Positions 11,813 to 23,400 of a stretch of 64,000 bases of DNA are shown here, in pieces. Origin of the DNA: Eledone cirrhosa (taxonomy: Eukaryota). Under the pieces are notes generated by a model, which had not been told where the DNA came from, searched no databases, and saw nothing but the letters and a program-made list of their open reading frames with translations. Numbering within the stretch: position 1 is the stretch's first letter; every line of letters begins with the position of its first letter. The translations under genes were made by a program, and so were the position numbers. Where the stretch lies: positions 310,001 to 374,000 of the forward strand of contig OZ024748.1 of the NCBI GenBank assembly GCA_964016885.1. The letters run 5' to 3'.

Positions 11813-11869
11813 ATGATGCAACGAACTAAGAAGAAGATAAAGAAAAAGAATAGATCTAAAAAAGAAAAC
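11813..11869 (+). CDS. Uncharacterised EF-hand protein, coding exon 1 (MMQRTKKKIKKKNRSKKEN)
   Basis: ATG, Lys-rich 19 codons, GTAAGT donor; phase 0 matches the next exon. Confidence 0.7.
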
Positions 11870-12053
11870 GTAAGTTCCTACTTGCAACATCATCATTAGT
11901 GGTGGGTTGGCAGTATCGGTAGAGGGTCAGACGCAATGCTTAGCAGTTAAAAATACAGATATAAGTATAGATATAGTCTATCAAAGTTCTTTCGTCACAC
12001 ATCTGTCTATGCCATTTTTTATTTATTTATTCTTTTCTCTGTCTCTGTTTGAT

Positions 12054-12118
<65 letters not shown>

Positions 12119-12340
12119 GAATAATCGAGTATCGAAAAATCGGCGCACGAATTAACGATAAACAAAATTCGAGATGAGCGGCAGAGGGCTCTATAATTCA
12201 AATAAATTAGAGCTATAACTATCGTTAAATACCGTCTCACGTAGAATATGTCTACAATCAACCAAATAACCGATAAGTTCGATATGGAAGATTCGGGACA
12301 CTCAGATAAATTATCAATAAATCAATAAATGAAATGAATG

Positions 12341-12371
<31 letters not shown>

Positions 12372-12480
12372 AGATCAAAAGATGGTTAAAGGAGTTCCAT
12401 GTATTTTATTATGCACATTTCAAAAACAAACATCATCATGCAATAATATTTGTGTTTTCATCAGATAAAACAGGAGAACA

Positions 12481-12560
<80 letters not shown>

Positions 12561-12584
12561 CTGTATTTTTATTCTATTCTATTC

Positions 12585-12827
12585 TAAGGCGGGTAAAATT
12601 CCCGAGATCCATGGACGAGTTCTCTCCAGCGGTCTCTGTCCCTCATTATCGTTGCCATGTCCTGCATCTCCAATAGACCACCTATGCTACCAGTCCTTAG
12701 GGCATCAACATACGTTAACCTTGGTCTTCCTCTTCTAGTGTGTCCATGTAGGGGCTCCCAAAGGAGTGCAATGTCAACTCTGGATGTCGGTGAGCATGTC
12801 CAGCTAACCTCAGTCTCCTCTGTGTCA

Positions 12828-12830
<3 letters not shown>
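12585..12830 (-). mobile_element. Degenerate RTE-like LINE 3' fragment
   Basis: Minus strand encodes RGRPRLTYVDAL, typical of an RTE C-terminus. Confidence 0.5.
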
Positions 12831-12925
<95 letters not shown>

Positions 12926-13147
12926 TATATATATATTAATATAGTATTAAGGATACTATTTATGGTTATGTATATACTAAAACCTTTTATAGTTATATAT
13001 ATATAAAACCCTAAAAAGTGAAAGACAGTAATTTATTACTATCTTATTACCAGTAAGATAAATAGCTCAATGTAATAACATCAGTTGTTCTACAGAGCAG
13101 TTATATAGAAATTACATGAATCAAAGTTCTGTTCAAATCATTTATTA

Positions 13148-13192
13148 GCTTACAATTGTTTCTTCCAAACCGAGGTTTGAGGTCTTCGGAGC
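13148..13192 (-). ncRNA. Minimal hammerhead-like ribozyme, U4C core variant (inverted twin)
   Basis: Same motif on the minus strand, with a weaker stem II. Confidence 0.45.
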
Positions 13193-13588
13193 AATTTTTC
13201 AATGATTGTTTACATACATGACCTCCTTTCCAACACAAGAGACATACAGAAACATATGTATATATCGATGTACATTGGGTTGACATCCATTATAATATTT
13301 TAGCATGGCAATTTACATTCAAAGATTAAAGTCATATTAAAAGAAAATTAAAACAAGATTAAAGTTAAAATACAACATCGGCAGTTTACGAAGATAATGC
13401 AAGAAGATAGTCTGAAGTAGTTAGTGTATGCAATAGTTACACGTGGGGCATGCACGTGTGTCTTATTTATATAAGATTATAAGATTATAGTGCGGCAATG
13501 TGTTATATGGAATACAAGCACTTTAATGTTTCTGTATGTCTCTTGTGTTGGAAAGGAGGTCATGTATGTAAACAATCATTTAAAAATT

Positions 13589-13633
13589 GCTCCGAAGACT
13601 CCAAACCTCGGTTTGGAAGAAACAATTGTAAGC
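13589..13633 (+). ncRNA. Minimal hammerhead-like ribozyme, U4C core variant
   Basis: GCT-CCGAAGA-CTCCAAACCTCGGTTTGGAA-GAAA-CAATTG-TA-AGC. Confidence 0.5.
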
Positions 13634-13678
13634 TAATAAATGATTTGAACAGAACTTTGATTCATGTAATTTCTATAT

Positions 13679-13713
<35 letters not shown>

Positions 13714-13721
13714 ATCCTTAG

Positions 13722-13893
13722 GAGAGACTGGAGAGAGAAGTAAAAAAGATGAGATCAAACGAAGAAGTGGTGAAAACCGTTGTGTCCCGAGTGAACCGTT
13801 GGCTAGCTGTGAACTCTGACACTGTCCTAAAGTTGTTCAGTAGTTATGATGCAGCTAATGAAGGACTACTGACCTATCAACAGTTCAAGGCAG
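13722..13893 (+). CDS. Uncharacterised EF-hand protein, coding exon 2
   Basis: TAG acceptor and CAG|GTAAGT donor; reads ERLEREV...KLFSSYDAANEGLLTYQQFKAG (EF-hand-like loop). Confidence 0.85.
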
Positions 13894-14914
13894 GTAAGTA
13901 CTTGATTTCATTTGATTTGATCCTATTCATCCATCTACTTACTAATTTATATAACTATTTGCTCTTTTTTTTCTCGATACATGTGCTTTTTATTTACAGT
14001 AATAATGGTTTCTTATATAGGCACAAGGCCAGCAATTTTGGGGAGGGGAAAGTCGATTAAATTGACCCCAGTGCGTGACTGGTACTTTATTTTATCGACC
14101 CAGTAAGGATAAAAGGCAAAGTTAATCTCGGCGGGATTTGAACTCAGATTATTATACCACAGGGGTTGACATAAAGTATAACATTAAGGACAGCACAGGA
14201 CGGTGAGAAGACGGTGAGTTGGCAGAGTCGTCAGGGGCGTCGTATTATATGGACAGTACTCAATGTCAGAGCGTAAAGGGATGAATCCCAAACACCGAAA
14301 GGTATTATATTATCGGTTACCCAGACACATGCATGTCTTAACACAGATACAGCCGTTAGAACGTAGGATAAAAATGGTTTCCCGGTGATTGTTCCGGCTC
14401 ACTGTGCTCCTGAGTTCAAATCCCACCGGGGTCAACATTTTGCCTTTCGTTCTTTCGGGGTCGATAAATAAAGTAGCAGTTTAGTATTGGAGTTGATTCT
14501 TCCTCGCTCCACTTCTCTGAAATACATCGGCTGTGTTCCGATCTAGAGAAGAATGGACTCTGCCAAGTTTAAAATGCCCAAGACGCACCTGTGTCAGGAT
14601 GATACCTCTACGACTCCATCAACAGTTAAAGCCAAGAGTTAAAGACCTTTACTTTTACTTTTTCCATAGATAGTATCAGTAATGGAAAGACCAATGGGAA
14701 CATTGTTTCCTTGGTCCGATTTGATGAGGTCCACCCCACTTGGCAAGCGAATGAGATCTGGGAACTTGTCGATAGATCGAGCGAGAGCGAACTTATTCCA
14801 ACTGCCCACCTCACTCACACTCACACGTATTATTTGGGACCCGAGATATGTAGAGCGTCTAAAGTTGGTAATAAGTAAATGTGCTTCTGTCTCTTTCTTT
14901 CTACACTCTAACAG

Positions 14915-15038
14915 GTTTGGTTGATCTCAATATTCCGTGTAATTTGGCCGAGCTTCATCTCATAACTCTGCTTATGGATAAAAACGTCACCAAAACAATC
15001 AACTACCTCAACTTGACAGGACTGATCAGCATAGACGG
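14915..15038 (+). CDS. Uncharacterised EF-hand protein, coding exon 3
   Basis: Polypyrimidine tract with CAG acceptor; reads GLVDLNIPCNLAELHLITLLMDKNVTKTINYLNL (second EF-hand-like motif); phases consistent. Confidence 0.82.
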
Positions 15039-15061
15039 GTATATCATTATATATATATATA

Positions 15062-16547
15062 TATCATCATCATCATCATCGTTTAACATCCATCTTCCAC
15101 GCTAGCATGGGTCTGGAGGAATATATCATCATCATCATCGTTTAACGTCCATCTTCCACGCTTGCATGGGTTTGGACGGGAGTTTTCCCACTTGAGGCAA
15201 GATTGGTTGTCTTGCTCGTATAGGACTGTCTGCCGTGTTTTCTACGGCTGGATGCCCTTCCTAACACCAACCACGTTTACAGTGTGGACTGGAAGGTTTT
15301 TACCGTGTTACCTACACGGCCACATTACAGCGTGGACTGTGTTTTTTTGTCGTGACACCTACACGACCTCATTTGTTTCGGACTGGATGTTGTGGTACCA
15401 ACATAACTTCACATTGAAGGGGTGGTGTGGATGGGGTGGGGGTAGTGGGACAGGGGTGTATTTTTGTTAGAGGTGCCTACTGACTGTAGGTTTCGCTTTG
15501 TACTTAGGCAAGGCGGGTCTTCTGTATTACTGTGTAGCGCCAAAGATCTCGGTCCAGTGACATTGTCTTGGAGAGGTGTAAGTGTGTGAGGTCGGAATTT
15601 ATCAAGTCGTCCCAGGTTTTTCTGGGTCTGCTTACTCCGTGGCTACCGTCTATTTTGATCGCCCTGCACTTTGTTATACATCTGTCGTCTTTCATGCGCA
15701 TCACGTGACCGTACCAACGTAGTCTTCTCTCGAGTAAACAACATCTGATCCCTCTTATTCCTAATTTCTCCCTTACTTCGTTTATGCTTTGCCGTTCACG
15801 TATATTACTATTACACATCCAGCGGAGCATGCAGGCTTCGTTCCTCTCCAGTCTGCGTATATCCTCTGCACACAATGCCCAGGTCTCACTGCCATGTAAC
15901 ATTGCTGTTTGTATGCAGGCATCATACAGCCTGCCTTTCATTTTTAGAGAGAACCCTTTAGCGACCAATAGTGGTATAAGCTCTCTGAACTTTTTCCATC
16001 CCGTTCTGACTCTAGCTACTGTACTTTCAGAGCACCCTCCCCCACTGCTGATTTTGTCACCCAGGTAATGGAAGGTGTCCACTATTTCTATAGAACCATC
16101 TGTGCAATGGAATGAGCTAGTATTCTGTGGGCACTAGCTGCTACTTATTGCACCAGAGCACCGGCCACATATTAAATCTATATTCTTAGTTACCTTACCT
16201 GTGATCCCACTACATCTTTCATGCACCCATACTTTGCATTTGGGACATAAAATGGAGTTTCTGCCTACTCCTTTCCTACACACTGAGCATGGCCATTTCC
16301 CAGATGGGACCGGTGCCCTATTTTCCTTCCTACAAACTAGAACTTTAGTCTTAGACAAGTTAACTTTAAGGCCTTTTGATTCTAGGCCATGCTTCCATGT
16401 TTGGAATTTCTTCTCTAGTTCAGCCATTGATTCAGCTATGAGTGTTAGATCATCTGCGTATAGGAGTTCCCATGGGCAGCCGGTCTTGAACTCCTCTGTT
16501 ATAGCCTGAAGGGCAATAATAAATAGTAGGGGGCTAAGAACGGAGCC
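15062..16547 (-). mobile_element. 5'-truncated RTE-clade LINE
   Basis: GSVLSPLLF, YADD, PHD-like finger, FHYLG, RLRWYGHVMR, 3' UTR and (GAT)n tail; the tail end is duplicated at 15062-15120. Confidence 0.92.
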
Positions 16548-16548
16548 A

Positions 16549-16642
<94 letters not shown>

Positions 16643-16828
16643 CATATATATATATTGAAAGGATAACAAGGACGATTGATTACTCCTTCATTGCATTTAT
16701 TGATAGGTGACGCGCGTTTCGCCACTGATCAGTACACTCTGTATAGCTCTACACCTCATCACAGAGGTGAACCTAAACATCGAGTACTCTCCCGGGTGAA
16801 CCTGCAGTAACTCCAAGTTAGACCCCCT

Positions 16829-16882
<54 letters not shown>

Positions 16883-17046
16883 GAAACGAAAAATCAGTGA
16901 TGCATCTGAACTCAATTTATTGTGTGTTACAATTGTTTCGCCGGCGGAGGACAGCTCGAGACACGATCATTGTGTGGATCTGTCTGATTCTGGATCTGCA
17001 GGTTCGACGGACACGTCTAATGATTTCGGAGCAAATTCCTTCACTG

Positions 17047-17131
17047 AAAATGCGATTCTCGCTAAATTTATATTTGTTTATATATATATATATATATATA
17101 CACAAATATAAATTTAGCGAGAATCGCATTT
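17047..17131. repeat. Palindrome with a (TA)n spacer
   Basis: AAATGCGATTCTCGCTAAATTTATATTTGT and its reverse complement flank (TA)n. Confidence 0.85.
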
Positions 17132-17947
17132 CGGCGAGTAGAAATTATCGAAACGCAACTTCCGATTTATGTTGGCAAGCGCTCTATGGACCAGAATAGA
17201 CCAGAGCAATAAACATAAGTTATAAATGCCATACAAACTAACACGGCGGTTAAGAAGCTATTAACCACCTAAGCTAAAATAAAACGAGCAAGCTAAGTAG
17301 GTCAAACAAAATATGATATGATTGAAATATTTACCCGGACCCTATATATATAACTTATTCCCTATATTGTTTTTCTTCTTCTCTGCTTCCTCCTCCTCCT
17401 TCTTCTTCTTATCCCTGTCCCATCTTTTTTGTCAGTCTGTCTATCTGTCTGTCAGTCCGTCTGTCTGTATGTCTGTATATATATCGGTGTGTCAAATTGT
17501 ATCTTCTTGACGTCAAACGGTGACTTAACCGTTCCATAAACAAAGATCGATAAAATAGGAACCTAATAGTACTGTACTGAATACTAAGGGGCGATATGAT
17601 CGACCAAAAAATCAAAAACAAAGCAACGTTTTAAAAACATTGCTCCAGCATGGACGTGGTCCAATGATTGAATCCAGTAAACAAACAAAAGAACTACACA
17701 CACACTACACACACACACTACACACATACACTACGCATACTACACACATACACAGTACACACACATACACACAAACACACACACACACAAACCCACACGC
17801 ACTACACACACAAACACATACACACACACACAAAATATTACAAATTCCTTATATTGGGTCGTCAAGTATGAAATTTGTTGAAATTTGTTTTTTTTCTACA
17901 AATGTTTACAAATTTCATATTTGACGACCCAATATTTCTGATTTCAG

Positions 17948-18043
17948 ACTCGGCGATGAATATACCAGCCAAGGAATCTGTTCCCTTTGTGGCAAAGGAA
18001 TGGAAGACCCGAATATTAAGAAGAAACTGGTACCAAGAAAAAG
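17948..18043 (+). CDS. Uncharacterised EF-hand protein, coding exon 4
   Basis: TTTCAG acceptor and AG|GT donor; 96 bp, phase 2-2; reads LGDEYTSQGICSLCGKGMEDPNIKKKLVPRKR. Confidence 0.7.
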
Positions 18044-18389
18044 GTATAATATTTAATGTTGTTTAACTCCAGGTCAGATATTCCTGATGGTGGAGATATT
18101 ATGATTGACTGGTTTCCTGTTGTGAGACTATCTCGTTACGCAACAACTTCTGTCATGCAAAATCCCCCCCCCCCAAAAAAAAAAAAGAAACTGTAGAAGT
18201 TGGGCATTCGGGACAGGTCTTAGGTTGGTGGTGGGGTGGATAACTCCCTCGATCTTACCTTTGAAACGGCTATGGTCATTGACTTTTCCTTTCTGACAAA
18301 GCAATAAAAAAATCTATCTGTCTATCTATCAATCTATTTAGCTAAATATCTCTCTATCTCCGAAACCTCCTATCTACCTACCTGCCTGT

Positions 18390-19085
18390 GAAACGCCACT
18401 TCGTCATTCTATAGAGGGTTGGTCCGCAGCAAGTGCGATGACGCGCTCGAAGAAACTCTAGGCGTAGAGGAGGACGAACTGGCCAGTCTGTTTGGTAGGA
18501 CCTTCCGCCCGGGACCGATGGACAACTTCAAAAATTCCCTGGCCTGGCAGTGCTACCGAAGAGCTCTACCAGTTCGAGACAAGCTCTATAGACACAGGCC
18601 ATTGTCATGATCAAACCGCCACCCTCCTTCAAAAACAAAGGAGAGGCGGTTTTCCTATGTGTTATGGCTATGGTGAAAGAGGTTATATGGTCAGACACCT
18701 TTCTCTCCGGCGAGCAACTGATTCGTTTTTTCAAATATCATTTTGGAAGAAGAATCAGGATGGCGAGAGAGGTGCTGTACCCCAGCAAATTTTATAAAAG
18801 GTGGGTGAATGGGGCAAAGATGGCCCGAGTGGTTGGGCCTTCTCTCTATATAAGCCTGTAGGTTGAGGAAAAAGAGGAAGAGAGTACTCACTCTTGGTGC
18901 TCTTGGAGATGAGGGTTGTACATTTTTTCGGGGTGTGTACAACCCCTGTGTAACGCCTCCCCCCCTATTGGGGATATCAATTGTAATTTGTTATTTTATT
19001 AATAGTTTTATTTTCATATACCTGTATGTAAACTCCCCATTTGTATTTGTCCCCTTCTTTTGTGCCCTTGTGGCTAATAAAGAAA
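18390..19085 (+). mobile_element. Tx1/L1-clade LINE 3' fragment, internally deleted
   Basis: LAWQCYRRALPVRDKLYRH (zf-RVT-like); 3' end TGTGGCTAATAAAGAA followed by (ATCT)n; related 3' ends at about 37220-37480 and 62857-62885. Confidence 0.7.
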
Positions 19086-19207
19086 TTTATCTACCTATCT
19101 ACCTACCTATCTACCTACCTACCTGTCTGTCTCTCTGTCTGGTCTGGCTATCTATCTATATCTATTTTTTTAATTATCTAGTTATCTATTTCCCTAATTC
19201 CTTTCAG

Positions 19208-19547
19208 ATATGTCCAGTTAGATCTCCGATTGGCATCTTTCAGTCAACTGAAAGAACCATTGATCAATTTCCTGCTGGTAGTCTCGTCCGATACGTTGGT
19301 CTCTCAGGTTATTTACAAGATTCTTACTCATACAACTATCTGCACGACCAAAATGGCGTTGTTCCGCCATAAAACGTGTACGAAAAGCTTCCTGTTGTCA
19401 GAGCAGACGACATTGGAAGAATGTGGTTACCCTGGCTTCTGTAAGCAGCATCCGGAGGAAGTCTTCCTGTTTTACGACTTCCGTGAAGATTTCACTGACT
19501 GTCCAATTCTAATGGCAGATTACTATTTTACCAAAAAGTACAATTAA
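19208..19547 (+). CDS. Uncharacterised EF-hand protein, terminal coding exon (possible ubiquitin-like fold)
   Basis: TTTCAG acceptor; reads YVQLDLRLASF...TTLEECGYPG...VFLFYDFREDFTDCPILMADYYF to TAA. The spliced CDS totals 789 nt with no internal stop. Confidence 0.85.
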
Positions 19548-20845
19548 CACTTCTGACGTAGAAAAAAATATTTTAAATATCTTAGTCAATAGAAGAGTCT
19601 GGAGGAAATTATTTTTCGACTAGAGTCCTAATCAGAATACTAATAACAAAGCGAACCCAACTAATTAAGATGTGGTTTTTTCCCTTTGCTTTATTTTAAC
19701 TTTTTACGCAATAATATAATTTCGATTTCTTATAAAAAAAAAATGAAAAGGAATTTAGAATTATCACCCCTTTATTCGATTATTTAGAATTTTGGAGTTG
19801 TCACCCCAGTATTACATGATCAAATTGAAGCATTTATACAATGTATACAATATATACGTTGAATAAATGCTTGCATTTGATGATGCTTCAAATAATTTTA
19901 TTAACATCTATGCACGTTTCAATTCTAATGCAATCAGGTAACATCAAAATATCCCCAGGACATTAATATAAGATCTGGGAGAATGCAGCTCCTATATATA
20001 AGAAACGGGAGGACAATATTTTAATCTTAGTTTCCTGTTATAATTTCATCAATGTTTCAGTTGTTTTATAGTAACATATATTAGAAATAGAAGCTTCGCA
20101 ATAACATTGGCTAAATAATAGTCTAATAATGGGGCATATAAACCCACTGAATAGCATGTGAGCTGATACCCATCTTTTTCTGTTCAATGGGTTTATAATG
20201 CCCCATTAGAGGGTCGGACGCCTTGCTTTGCAGCATAGAGTTACGCCCATTTATGGTCTGAGATCAAATCGCACCGAGGTTAACTTTGCCTTTCATCCTT
20301 ACAGTGGTCGATAAAATAAAGTACCAGTAATGCACTGGGATAATTGCTGGCCTTGTGTCAAAGTAGAAGCAATTATTTACTCAATGTTATGGCGAATTTT
20401 CTATTTCTATTCTAAACTTCTCTCACCTCATTCCGTTTCCTACTTCTTTAGCCATTTCAACAGCTAGTTCCAGACCCCAGAGTTTGGAACTAGCTGTTGA
20501 AATGGCAAGAGCTCAGCTGTCGGGGTCCCGACTCTTTATAATATATCCATGCTCTACTACCCCAAGTATCGAGTACTCTGTTGAGGTAATGGTCTAACCA
20601 GTTTCAAACTGAATCCATCTTGATTTATATATATATATATAGTTCAAGGAGACAACAAACAGAGGTACAAAAAGTTTTATTAGTTTCACGCTTTATATTG
20701 AAAAGAGGAAAGAAAGTTTGATGTGTTGGGCTTAAGCCCTTCTTCAGGAGTACAAAATAAAGATGGGATCACAAAGGAGAGAGAGGGAATGAGATGTTAC
20801 TAGTTAAAACTACTAAGACTATTATTATTCAACTTAGTACTATAT

Positions 20846-23400
20846 CATCATCATCAGGTTGAGCTTGCTCGGCTTTCTACGACATGTTTCCTCCATCCAT
20901 CTCTGTCTCTCATAGCGTTTGCCAGTTCTTCCGCAGTGCATCCAGTATCGTCCTCAAGTTGCTTGACGTATGTCTTCTTGGGACTCCATAACAACACATC
21001 ACCTGCTATTTCTTCCTTGCTGCGCCAACAGTGGCCAGCAAATCTGAGTCTCTGTCCACGTATTGACCTGCTGATAGGTGGTATATTGCCATAGAGATCC
21101 TTATTTGTTGGGTCTTCCCTCCAAGACACGTTTAAAGCAACACGGAGCATACGTGTGTATGCCCAGTCTAGCTTTTTCTCCAGTTTCGACGTTAGCGTCC
21201 AAGTGATAGAGCCATAAACAAGCACAGATTCCACAGCAGCTCTGAAGAAATTCCTTGCGAGTGTTGAAATGATAACATCGAGGATAATGATAGCTACGTT
21301 TAGTGGGAATCCTAAAACCACTGTAATCTCTTGCTATAGTCCAACAAATGTATGTGACATGGCCGAAGTAGAGAGGTTTTACATGGAACTAACATCACTC
21401 ACTAGACAAATCCCAAAACATAATGTTCTCATCATTGGCGGAGACTTCAACACGCGTCTTGGACAGCCTGATAGATTCAAATTCTCATACCACTCACAAA
21501 CCAATAGAAACGGTTGTATGCTAAAAGATTACTTGTGTGACAACAATTTACGATGTCTCAATGCCATATTCCAAAAAAGACCAGGCCAGCGATGGACACA
21601 CAAATCTCCAAATGGCGACAAGACACAACTGGACTATATCATAATCAATCGAAAATGGAAGAACAGCGCAAAAAACTGCAGAGCATATGACTCATTTGTT
21701 AGTGTTGACTCGGCCAAGATGCGATTAGGTCTCTGAGTGGATAAAAGGAAATCTGCAAATGCTACTCCTTACAACTGGGCAGTTCTGAATACCAATCCTG
21801 AGACTTATAAAACCTTTGTAACCCAACTGAGCAACCGATTTGCTGCCCTACAAGACTGCACCAACAAAATCGTCAAATTCTACATTTAGCCACTTTCAAA
21901 TGGCATTCAAAGAGGCAGTGGCCGACACCATCCCTTTAAAACCCAAGGTTAAAAAACGAAAACCCTGGGAAACAGAGAGGATATGTTAAAAGCGCAAAGA
22001 GTTGCGAAAAGCTGCAGAATTGAAAGACACTCAACGATTTCCAGAAAACATTAGTAACTTCAATGCTGCTTGTACAGCACTGAAAAGTGAGTATGAAATT
22101 GAGCAAGCCGAATACATGCAGAGAAAGATCAATCATATCTCGAGTACTGTCAGCAATAAGAAGTCTGCTGAAGCCTGGAAAACTGTCAATGAAATTAGTG
22201 GCAGAAAAAGTAGTGACAAAGCCAAACTGACAAGATGAACGTTTAAAACTGTGGCAACAACATTTTCAGAACCTACTTGGCAAAGCACCACAGATCATCG
22301 AAGAAGAAATAATACCCGTTTTTACAGAGGAACACCAAATACAGAAAGGTCCTTTCACTATGAAGGAACTACAGAAAGCAGTGAAAAGTATTGGTAACGG
22401 AAAAGCGTGCGGACTCGACGAGATCCCAGCTGAAGTGTGGAAGGTACCTGAATTCCACCCAACTAGAGTTGTGTAATGGTGTCTATAATCAAGACGCCAT
22501 AGACAAATAGACTGAGGGATGTATACTCCCCTTTCCCAAAAAGGGCGATCTTGGAATGGCTAAAAACTACCGTGGCATAACACTAATGGCAATTGCCGCA
22601 AAGATATACAATCTCATGCTGTTTGACAGAATAAGACCTGTCATTGACCCCTTGCTGAGAAAAAACCAAAATGGCTTCCGCACCAACAGATCAACATCAG
22701 GGCAAATACTTACTATTCGGCGTATCTTGGAAGGTGTAAAAGCCAAAAACCTCCCAGCAACTCTCCTGTTTATTGACTTTTCAAAAGCATTCGATTCCAT
22801 CCATCGTGGGAGGATGAGAGAGATACTTCTAGCCTACGGCTTGCCAAAGGAAACAATAAATGCCATCATGATGTTATATAAAACACCCGTGCAATGGTGC
22901 GCTCACCTGATGGAGATACCAACTTCTTTGACATCATTGCACCATATATTTTTATCATCTGCCTCGACTATGTATTGAGAAAAGCCCTGGATGAAAACTT
23001 AGAGCTTGATTTCACTCTCACAAAGCGAAAGTGTAGACGCCATGCAGCTCAGAGAATCACTGATGTTGACTATGCGGATGATTTAGCGGTCCTCGCTGAC
23101 TACCTTAAGGATGCAACATCACTACTTCACAGCATCGAATCAGTTGCAAAGCAAATCGGACTCTATGTCAACGCAGGCAAAAGCAGAATATATTTGCCTG
23201 AACCAAAACTCCTCAGTTGGTATGCGAAGTCTAAACAGCGATATAATCAAGCAAGTTGACGACTTCAAATACCTGGGTAGCTATATTGCCTCCACAGAAC
23301 ATGATGTTAACATCAGACTGGGAAAAGCCTGTGGAGCATTGAATGCAATGGAAAAAATATGGAAACCAAACCTGCCGGCCAAACTGAAAACGAATTTCTT
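20846..23400. mobile_element. RTE-clade LINE with an inverted 5' part (EN-RT on plus, 3' end on minus), degenerate
   Basis: Plus strand 21265-23400: CYSPT, GDFN, LDYI, NYRGITL, DFSKAFDS, YADD, FKYLGS. Minus strand 20846-21260: NFFRAAVES...RLRFAGHCWR and a (TGA)n tail. 13-bp TSD. Confidence 0.92.

Larger units (their letters stand above)
13101..13680. mobile_element. Element with about 155-bp inverted termini, probably Penelope pLTR-derived
   Basis: 13101-13254 is the near-perfect reverse complement of 13527-13680; each arm holds a hammerhead-like motif. Confidence 0.7.
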
